Source: Diadema antillarum (Eukaryota). Taken from it: 64,000 nucleotides of DNA. A program made the translations under genes and the position numbers. Shown piece by piece: positions 60,001 through 64,000 of this stretch (position 1 is its first letter; the number at the start of each line of letters is the position of its first letter). Location of the stretch: contig NW_027271709.1 in NCBI RefSeq assembly GCF_040938485.1, forward strand, positions 62,001-126,000, read 5' to 3'. The notes beneath the pieces are model-generated. The model was not told the DNA's origin, did no database searches, and saw only the letters and a list, made by a program, of their open reading frames with translations.

Positions 60001-62533
60001 GAATGGTTAATGATTTTTTTTTTTTTTTGTCCAAACTCTGGAAGATACATGTAACTCCTTCCAACATAGGATGGGTACATTGAAAGGGCTTCTCGTTGCA
60101 ATAACCATGCAGAAAATAATTTGCAACACACACTGAAGTGTAGCATTCAAGTACTTTGTCTGAATGTATCAGCTGGCATGTTTACATGTGTCTGTGTAGC
60201 ATCCATGTAACCTGTGCTGAGGAGCTCTTGAATGTTGTAGAGGCAGACGTTTAATGTGTAGACATGAATCCCCCGTCATTTCCCTCATCCTGTATGCGTG
60301 ATGAGCATCATTCATGCTGTTCACTTCAGTTTAATTTACAGTCAACCTTGCCTAAATTGAATCTATTTGGACTGAAGAAAAAGTTCCGACTTAGAGAAAA
60401 TTCGACTTTATAAGGGATTAAAATCAGTAGAATATAAAGAGAAGGGACTTAAATCATCCGACTTAGGCAACTGCGAGGTCAACTTAGGCAAGGTTGACTG
60501 TATCTAAGTTCACAAAATTTCTGTGACTAAATCTGTTTTGTGAATGGCATTCCAAAAAGGCATGAGTATTCATTTGACACAATACAGCTATTATATATAG
60601 ATACAGCAATTGTACTTTGTACATATGTATATTGGAAAAGGATAAAACCAAAACATTACCGGATTTGTTACGTTGCCTTCCCTATTGGACAATATGACAA
60701 TATGACTTTCTGTCTTTAAACAGTGGTTGTATACATCTGACTTTCAATATATTATGATTGAGCAGTGTCTCAGAAGATGTGTTCCGATTTGAGCACTCCC
60801 CCTACACAAATCAAATGAAAGAGGAATGTATTTATCACCTACCATTCATTTTCCCAGAGGAAAATTGCTAGTAATATACGCCATGTACTTGCTAAAGAGA
60901 CTGATTTCACCTAACAGTGAATCAAACTTATAGATAACATTCCAACTTGCCTGAAAATGTAGCCTTGTGTGTCCCAAAGCTCACTGAATATTTGCCTAGC
61001 AACAAGCAACATATATGTACAGTCCATGTAGGGCAATGTGAATAGCTGTTAGTGTAGACAGAAGTACATGTACTTAGATAGCATGCAACTTTTAGAAATG
61101 GGCAGCTTGTATATAACTAGCATCGTCAGAATGAAATATCCCTGAAATGTGAATGCATGTTTGAACTGATCTGTTTAAGCCTTTTAGTGAATCACAACAC
61201 ACAGGATTCACAAAACATTTTGAATCCTCCAACATGGCCGTTTCATCACTGTAGCTGCTATAGGTCATCTTTGACCAAACAGTTCCAGCTGTTTGTTTGT
61301 TTGTTTGTTTGTTTGTCCATTACCTTCAGATTGTGTATTGCACATGGCATGCATTAATTGTTCCTACATGTATAGTATGTCCAGTCAGCCTTCTGTGAGC
61401 TATGTGTTGTCATTAACAATCTTTTTTTTTTTTAAGTTATGTATAGAAAGTTAATAAGAATGCATCACAAATAATCTGTGAATCGAGTGATTTTGGTAGT
61501 GATTGTAAGTACGGCAACATGTGGTGTGTGCATCGAGAGGTTAAAGTGATTACCGTCTTTCGCGCCTCAATCTCTAACTTGCAGGCTTGCCCGACGCCCC
61601 CCTCGATGTCCAGGTCAGACAGGGGAGCAACAGCAGTATGCTGACCATCGAGTGGCTTCCAGTGACCATCACGACGTCTGGCCTGTCAAACGGGGCCGTT
61701 GTCATGGGTTACGCCGCGTACGCAAACAACAGCAAAGTGGCCGAGACGACCTCACCCACCGGTGAGTGACGTTCGCAGTTTGTTTGTTTTTTTAATGAAA
61801 TTTGATTGTCGTGATGGAAGACAGGAACCAATGGGAAGAAAAAAAAATCACCATTTTTATTCTTTGAGAAATATATCATGATGATCTCTGATGTTGATTT
61901 GCCATACATTTGCTCTGCCTGAGATTTCCTTTGAATTGCATATTGAAATCAATTTTACAATGTCAGTGACGATTACATTTTCAATTTTCAAAAAAAAAAG
62001 AAGCACTTGTTTACTGTATGCATTTCGATCTTTTGACTGATGTGCGTGTGTATGAATCTACATAGTATCGTCACTACCAATAAATACAAAGAAAAAGCAA
62101 GAAAATGCAAAAACATTGCTGTATTTTGCAAATCCTTGGTTTGCCTACATCCTTTCTGTATAAAAAGATATTTTTGCCCCCCCCCACAAAAAAAGAAAAT
62201 GGGAGTTTTAATCTGTAGATGCATATTGAACTCTTCTGAAAAGCAAATTCTCCTTTGACATCAAATGTTTATGGAGAAACATTAAAATAAATGGACCTTT
62301 GGTGTTTTTAAAGTTTGTGATAAACCTCATTTCCACGTTCTTTCCTCACTTCAGCTGACCGTGTCAGTGTCAGCAAGTCGCGGTTGCGCATGGTCTCGGC
62401 GTCCGAGCTGGTGGTCCGAACGTTGTCCCCCAACGGCTGCTCCAGTGATTCCCTGCCCATCAAAGTGCCTGCGGAGCTCTTAGAGGAGAGGCGGAAAGAC
62501 AAGACTTCAGGAAAGGTGCCGGACGGTAGCAAG
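1243..62533 (+). CDS. RIMBP2: RIMS-binding protein (RIM-BP/RIMBP2-like) gene, partial multi-exon CDS: coiled coil, SH3, 3xFN3; 5' and 3' ends lie outside the window
   Basis: 17 AG/GT-bounded exons join in compatible phases into one open frame. It includes a RIM-BP-type SH3 with insertion ([63 protein letters not shown]), three FN3 repeats, and a coiled coil resembling the vertebrate RIMBP2 N-terminus (MREAAERRQQL...EHDQAL, recalled, not aligned). Confidence 0.93.
1400..1835. repeat. Degenerate (GAT)n microsatellite / low-complexity tract
   Basis: Long runs of gat with single-base variants. Confidence 0.9.
2506..2628 (+). CDS. RIMBP2: RIM-BP exon (coiled coil) VLEECRQLRDDFSSQRQILHSTIAERDWLRETVIKLNSDIG, phase 0-0
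   Basis: ttctag| acceptor, GGA|gtgagt donor, 123 nt open, heptad-like, phase-compatible with both neighbours. Confidence 0.78.
3283..3493. mobile_element. MITE with TACTGTAAAA...TTTTACAGTA ends and internal TTCGCG motifs
   Basis: 10-bp perfect terminal inverted repeat. Homologous or related copies at 28531-28689, 26992-27243 and 53071-53303. Confidence 0.75.
4070..6520. mobile_element. PIF/Harbinger-like DNA transposon, internally deleted or decayed
   Basis: 29-bp imperfect TIRs in register (gaccaggcgtccactagggcgcggacaag / RC gggcggacgtccacttgggcgcggacaag). TAA on both flanks (4067-69, 6521-23). Dense subterminal TCCGC/GCGGA motifs. No intact transposase. Confidence 0.8.
5706..5820. repeat. 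Near-perfect 56-bp-arm inverted repeat (hairpin/cruciform), 3-nt loop
   Basis: Arms 5706-5761 and 5765-5820 are reverse complements with 2 mismatches; loop gtg. Confidence 0.92.
7459..8145. mobile_element. Non-autonomous DNA transposon with ~34-bp TIR and ATAT flanks (Sola1-like AWWT TSD; a TA TSD is not excluded)
   Basis: gtgaccgtgcacctcaaaacgaacagaaagtcgc vs RC end gtgaccctgcacctcaaaacaaacaaaaagtcgc. ATAT at 7455-58 and 8146-49. Confidence 0.75.
10499..11018. mobile_element. Decayed Harbinger-like MITE (gtcacactggcaaaa termini) with nested piggyBac-like MITE
   Basis: gtcacactggcaaaa at 10499, inverted copies at ~10635 and ~10997, repeated aacttc/gaagtt motifs, related fragment at ~23850-23910. 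Confidence 0.5.
10536..10620. mobile_element. 85-bp piggyBac-like MITE (copy 1)
   Basis: tcaa|ccc...ggg|ttaa; internal gagtatac...gtctatgggaaatgcgtgttgtagcaaa shared with other copies. Confidence 0.8.
12020..12476. mobile_element. Kolobok-like MITE
   Basis: ttaa|aggagacctggatgattttca ... tgaaaatcgtctggaatgtcctt|ttaa; internal inverted segment (aacaaggatgatgacat / atgtcatcatccttgtt). Confidence 0.7.
13624..13970. mobile_element. Kolobok-like MITE (uninterrupted relative of 42155-43786)
   Basis: ttaa|agggatggtacagttttggtt...aaccaatgctatactatccct|ttga; shares long internal blocks with the 42155-43786 element. Confidence 0.78.
14483..14755. mobile_element. Harbinger-like MITE with long TIR and 3-bp (ATT) flanks
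   Basis: ggcccgaattca(c/t)gaaggtggtacaaatgaa at both ends, further inverted block ccatggagcgccaagtgtcgca; ATT on both sides. Confidence 0.8.
15408..15705. repeat. Homopyrimidine (C/T) low-complexity tract; G-run-rich on the minus strand
   Basis: ~300 nt almost purely ccccttcccc variants. Confidence 0.9.
16211..16293. mobile_element. piggyBac-like MITE (copy 2, opposite orientation)
   Basis: ttaa|cccgttgaggacg...tcaacagc|ttaa. Confidence 0.8.
17580..17644. repeat. (CA)n microsatellite
   Basis: Direct observation. Confidence 0.95.
26992..27243. mobile_element. MITE with TACTGTA...TACAGTA ends (related family)
   Basis: Terminal inverted TACTGTA, with internal ttcacgaatttc / ttcgtgaaaattt motifs similar to the 3283 element. 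Confidence 0.6.
28531..28689. mobile_element. Inverted, CpG-decayed partial copy of the 3283-3493 MITE
   Basis: Aligns by eye to the reverse complement of 3283-3440 (catgaaattttcacaaattgcc vs cgtgaaattttcgcgagttgcc). Confidence 0.75.
28753..28922. mobile_element. Decayed pogo/Tigger-like MITE
   Basis: ta|tagtgcactctcattataa vs RC end ta|caggtgactcttcttataa. Confidence 0.55.
29291..29364. repeat. (CA)n microsatellite
   Basis: Direct observation. Confidence 0.95.
31886..32055. mobile_element. Small MITE (ggcc..gttgcataaaac..ttacc termini)
   Basis: ~24-bp imperfect inverted termini; TSD unclear. Confidence 0.6.
32562..32666 (+). CDS. RIMBP2: RIM-BP exon LMQAAEEKRLELEREHEQALQDLQERQDEIRRLQQ, phase 0-0
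   Basis: ccccag| acceptor, CAG|gtgaga donor, 105 nt, GC3-rich, resembles the conserved RIM-BP coiled coil. Confidence 0.92.
32863..33114. mobile_element. hAT-like MITE (cagggctcacca / tgttgagtcctg)
   Basis: 12-bp imperfect TIR starting CAGG; flanks only partially duplicated (tattatt / ttattac). Confidence 0.45.
36015..36190. repeat. Degenerate (ATAG)n/(ATAA)n tract
   Basis: Direct observation; similar tracts at 24790-24870 and 49755-49870. Confidence 0.85.
37169..37224. repeat. (TG)n microsatellite
   Basis: Direct observation. Confidence 0.95.
37888..38075 (+). CDS. RIMBP2: RIM-BP exon EQEVAKKQHRESVSRLEHKVQDLEKKWLEQCQNFGRLSQELSALRLETSTQLQTLAASPGTA(R), phase 0-2
   Basis: acacag| acceptor, AG|gtatgt donor; resembles the vertebrate ...KVRELEEKCRTQSEQFNLLSRDL segment. 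Confidence 0.92.
38671..38849 (+). CDS. RIMBP2: RIM-BP linker exon (R)SRAGHNSGQSLGSAAVIKGTEEEKEDWKRIAEEALVARATAELSASAPRGETLVRAKSH, phase 2-1
   Basis: cgtcag| acceptor, G|gtaggg donor, 179 nt open in the phase demanded by the previous exon. Confidence 0.85.
39293..39364. repeat. 39-bp-period tandem duplication
   Basis: attgatcctatggaaagcc(a/t)cttgtagacagat twice. Confidence 0.85.
40480..40564. mobile_element. 85-bp piggyBac-like MITE (copy 3)
   Basis: tcaa|ccagttgaggacg...gtcctcaacgtt|ttaa; same internal sequence as copy 1. Confidence 0.8.
41093..41157 (+). CDS. RIMBP2: RIM-BP linker exon DAADVSIGSERSSQRSGGQNGQ, phase 1-0
   Basis: Pyrimidine tract, ttcag| acceptor, CAG|gtaggc donor. 65 nt provides exactly the phase 1-to-0 bridge needed between 38849 and 41745. 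Confidence 0.8.
41745..41981 (+). CDS. RIMBP2: RIM-BP exon, N-terminal part of SH3-1 (AESVSDPEDF...[39 protein letters not shown]), phase 0-0
   Basis: ctcaag| acceptor, GAG|gtttgt donor, 237 nt, SH3 A(R)YNYD and ELPL motifs. Confidence 0.95.
42155..43786. mobile_element. Kolobok-like MITE interrupted by a piggyBac-like element
   Basis: TTAA at 42151-54 and 43787-90; ~33-bp TIR aggg(ac/tg)tgtacagt(a/t)ctggttgaggtg(g/a)ggatt. Confidence 0.85.
42259..43505. mobile_element. piggyBac-like non-autonomous element (1247 bp)
   Basis: TTAA TSD (42255-58, 43506-09), perfect 14-bp TIR ctcttaatgtgcca, asymmetric internal repeats, CpG-rich, no transposase ORF. Confidence 0.85.
44106..44377. mobile_element. 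MITE with ~30-bp imperfect TIR (gctgggg..acaagacct.gtatct)
   Basis: Left tgctggggcaacaagacctcgtatct vs RC right cgctggggtgacaagaccttgtatct. Confidence 0.6.
44523..45311. mobile_element. Kolobok-like foldback element with ~200-bp inverted arms and an internal duplication
   Basis: ttaa|aggacaagttcacctt(t/c)ataaacataaggattgagagaatg at both ends; the block aatattattccccctgcct...aagtcaag occurs twice internally. Confidence 0.88.
45427..45502 (+). CDS. RIMBP2: RIM-BP exon, C-terminal part of SH3-1 [25 protein letters not shown], phase 0-1
   Basis: gcacag| acceptor, G|gtgagc donor, GLVPxNF SH3 signature. Confidence 0.95.
49263..49310 (+). CDS. RIMBP2: RIM-BP linker exon EENLPDFIHNNGSQCD, phase 1-1
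   Basis: Pyrimidine tract, tctacag| acceptor, G|gtgagt donor, 48 nt. Confidence 0.8.
49500..49695. mobile_element. Truncated relative of the 13624/42155 Kolobok-like family (right end)
   Basis: gccatttcaaaactg...tcaaataaact...gtggtttctaa.tatctc.caaa...ccatctcaaccaa blocks shared. Confidence 0.55.
50662..51655 (+). promoter_or_regulatory. ~990-nt AG-exclusion zone / candidate distant branch-point region for exon 51656
   Basis: No AG between the AG at 50660-61 and the acceptor AG at 51654-55, whereas GA occurs about 20 times. CTCAC x3 (50670-83) and TACTAAC (50764-70) lie at the 5' end. Confidence 0.65.
51229..51291. repeat. (CTT)n microsatellite inside the AG-exclusion zone
   Basis: Direct observation. 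Confidence 0.95.
51656..51796 (+). CDS. RIMBP2: Probable alternatively spliced RIM-BP linker exon DTDSSSSHKMALKAAALVAKPNPVMSVTVATEAETAKAASTRKDHVA, phase 1-1
   Basis: The caccag| acceptor is the first AG after a ~990-nt AG-free zone. CAG|gtgcag donor; 141 nt open; GC-rich relative to flanks. Confidence 0.7.
53071..53303. mobile_element. Decayed MITE with (ac)tg...aaagtgaaaattttc / gaaaatttccactttcacagta ends
   Basis: ~20-bp imperfect inverted termini. Confidence 0.55.
53416..53493 (+). CDS. RIMBP2: RIM-BP linker exon GESDLSDLEFNSEDVELRRSNVNHFS, phase 1-1
   Basis: tcacag| acceptor, CAG|gtattc donor, 78 nt open. Confidence 0.8.
54378..54542 (+). CDS. RIMBP2: RIM-BP linker exon GDLAFVRAQSDHPSDLEDIPEVDEDDDNHAQKPARGNEESSLASLSDFGSEASFS, phase 1-1
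   Basis: ttgaag| acceptor, G|gtgagt donor, 165 nt, strongly GC3-biased. Confidence 0.88.
54975..55244 (+). CDS. RIMBP2: RIM-BP exon, FN3 domain 1 (VPCPRKLSLDRQLKHSVIMSW...ACMLVIGR), phase 1-1
   Basis: atccag| acceptor, G|gtgagg donor, 270 nt, RIM-BP-type FN3 start (P.PRKL.L..QL..SV...W). Confidence 0.95.
55521..55820. mobile_element. Truncated copy of the left arm of the 44523-45311 family
   Basis: Shares gaatgtagcaa...gaacacatca.tgaaagtttgaggaaaatc.gacaat...aagttatgaattttta...tcttcaacttgctactga. Confidence 0.75.
56931..57092 (+). CDS. RIMBP2: RIM-BP exon, FN3 domain 2 first half (DASVAPTNLKASNVGPSSANISWLPGNSNLPHVISVNGEEVRTVKPSIYKHTLS), phase 1-1
   Basis: ccccag| acceptor, CAG|gtacag donor, 162 nt, APTNL..SW.P.NSN pattern. 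Confidence 0.95.
57802..57927 (+). CDS. RIMBP2: RIM-BP exon, FN3 domain 2 second half (GLQPLSVYRVNVRAKSRKQSAMDGSSPASKNSVEIEFKTLPG), phase 1-1
   Basis: tgtag| acceptor, GAG|gttggt donor, 126 nt, GL.P...Y.V.V.A FN3 motif. Confidence 0.93.
59510..59955. mobile_element. Kolobok-like foldback MITE (TTAA|AGGGGATGGCTAGTA...TACTAGCCATCCCCT|TTAA)
   Basis: TTAA TSD, RR...YY termini; the two arms are near-complete reverse complements. Confidence 0.85.
59789..59873. mobile_element. 85-bp piggyBac-like MITE (copy 4), nested in a Kolobok-like foldback element
   Basis: TTAA at 59785-88 and 59874-77; 12-bp TIR cccgttgaggac / gtccgcaacggg. Confidence 0.88.
60339..60500. mobile_element. Tc1/pogo(Tigger)-like MITE
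   Basis: TA|cagtcaaccttgcctaa ... ttaggcaaggttgactg|TA; perfect 17-bp TIR. Confidence 0.85.
61585..61761 (+). CDS. RIMBP2: RIM-BP exon, FN3 domain 3 first part (GLPDAPLDVQVRQGSNSSMLTIEWLPVTITTSGLSNGAVVMGYAAYANNSKVAETTSPT), phase 1-1
   Basis: ttgcag| acceptor, G|gtgagt donor, 177 nt, PDAPLDVQV / WLPVTI..SG.SNGA.V.GY RIM-BP signature. Confidence 0.95.
62355..62533 (+). CDS. RIMBP2: RIM-BP exon, FN3 domain 3 second part and linker (ADRVSVSKSRLRMVSASELVVRTLSPNGCSSDSLPIKVPAELLEERRKDKTSGKVPDGSK), phase 1-0
   Basis: cttcag| acceptor, AAG|gtgaga donor, 179 nt, VVRTLS..G.S.DS.P motif. Confidence 0.92.
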
Positions 62534-63294
62534 GTGAGAAGAGGAGAAAAAAAAAGAATAAAGAATCCATCCAAATTTTATTTTATTATTGTTGAGAATG
62601 ACTCCAAGCTAACAATTTAATAGGAGCTGGTTCTCATGACTTGCTTTTTTTTTGTTTTGTTTTTTTATTATACAACTGCATACTGATATGTTGAATTGTC
62701 ACAGCAGTTTTCTTTTTCACTCGTTTCATTGGTGATTACAATTGTATGTTGACATGTAGAAAAAAGCGAGTTCTGGAATAATTTGCCTTAAGAACATATG
62801 TTCTCATAAAATTTCAACCCCATCCAATTCTTTCATAGAAAGAAACAGGGAATCAAGGTTAATCAACTCCAAAATGTAAAAAAGATTTGTTGTACATGTA
62901 GTTCTTCTGTCGTGAGAGATGATAGTATGTTTCATCTTCAGGCTTGTGAATGTTCATTGCAATAACAAACAAGACCACATCCAAGACATACATTGAAAGC
63001 AAGCATATGATTATTTCTAGATTATGTTGGGTTATATACAATTGTATATATGTTTGGGGTTTTTTTCATGAAGATGACTGACTTTTATATGATCACAATT
63101 GATATTACCAATAAAGGAATTGTTACACATATTCAACTTGGTTATAAAAATGAACATGTACCACTGTCGTCATCTTTGACCTTTTGTTTTCCACTTTTTC
63201 CTCAAATTTTCTGCAATATTTTAAATATCATACCAAATACAAATTCATTTGCACGTACACAAACTTCATATGGTTCACCATCAAATGACTGTAG

Positions 63295-63429
63295 AATCAC
63301 GATCCACTCTTTCCGATCCCCGTATTATTTGCATCCGTGATGTCATGGGAGCAGCGGCAAAAGCGAGTCACGTTCCAATCGGAAGAAAACTGTCGTGTGT
63401 ACATGTACAATTCCGATGATGAGCCCTCT
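63295..63429 (+). CDS. RIMBP2: Candidate RIM-BP exon NHDPLFPIPVLFASVMSWEQRQKRVTFQSEENCRVYMYNSDDEPS, phase 0-0
   Basis: The gtag| acceptor is the first AG after a 176-nt AG-free zone. Perfect gtaagt donor, 135 nt open, phase matches the preceding exon, CpG-rich relative to flanks. Confidence 0.6.
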
Positions 63430-64000
63430 GTAAGTGTTATTACTACAAGTAGGAGCTTGCTGTGATGTCGCACTGGAGTATTCATTTTTCCTTTTTTTTT
63501 TCTTAATCAAAGGAGATTGTCATAACATTCACTAGATTGACAGACTGAATTGAATGATGTCCACCTAAATATTTCCTCTAATTTATTCTCTCTGTTTAAC
63601 CTTAGCACTCTCAGAAGTGACTTGTTTCCTTCCAAATACTTTGACACCCTGTTGAGTTTTGTAAATAGCACACCAATAAACAAAGGATATTAGAATGCAC
63701 AGTTTATGTGAATGAAGTATTTCACAACACACACACAAAAGATAATAATTTTGTAGGTAAGATCAACACCTAACTCAGCCACTAATCCCCACAGAAGACA
63801 CTGAGAATTCTTTGAATAACATGACACTAACAATTTTTTGTTGAAGAATAATTTCTTCTTTTATCATGAAGTATTCATGACAGGAATGTTAGGGTGGAAC
63901 ATTTGTAGAAGATGTAAACGTGTGTAATCTGGGGTAAAACATTTGTTGTGGTCATTCTTATGTTATTTTAATCCCATAAGTTGTGCAACACAGACCACTC

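Noticed and set aside
1-64000. rRNA, tRNA, CRISPR arrays, intact transposase or reverse transcriptase ORFs, prokaryotic operons
   Set aside because: None seen. The window is intron-dominated eukaryotic DNA, and tandem units are microsatellites without spacers.

Overview
Eukaryotic (metazoan) genomic DNA. It is probably an invertebrate deuterostome such as a sea urchin; this is inferred from the TE repertoire, homopolymer-rich AT introns and GC3-rich exons, and is not proven. The whole window lies inside one + strand gene, a RIMS-binding protein (RIMBP2/RIM-BP family), with no start or stop codon seen. I could splice 17 exons in consistent phase: coiled-coil exons (1243-38075), linker, SH3-1 (41745-45502), a run of symmetric phase-1 linker exons, and three FN3 domains (54975-62533). 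A probable 18th exon at 63295-63429 carries a PP1 RVxF-type motif. The introns hold many non-autonomous DNA transposons (PIF/Harbinger-, Kolobok-, piggyBac-, Tc1/pogo-, Sola/hAT-like), three of them nested, plus microsatellites. The most striking unexplained signal is a ~990-nt stretch (50662-51653) with no AG dinucleotide, ending exactly at the acceptor of a 141-nt cassette-like exon. This is the architecture of an ultra-distant branch point. A smaller AG-free zone (176 nt) precedes the RVxF exon. Nearly all ORFs in the supplied six-frame track are spurious products of repeats. All splice calls were made by eye, without alignments or RNA data.
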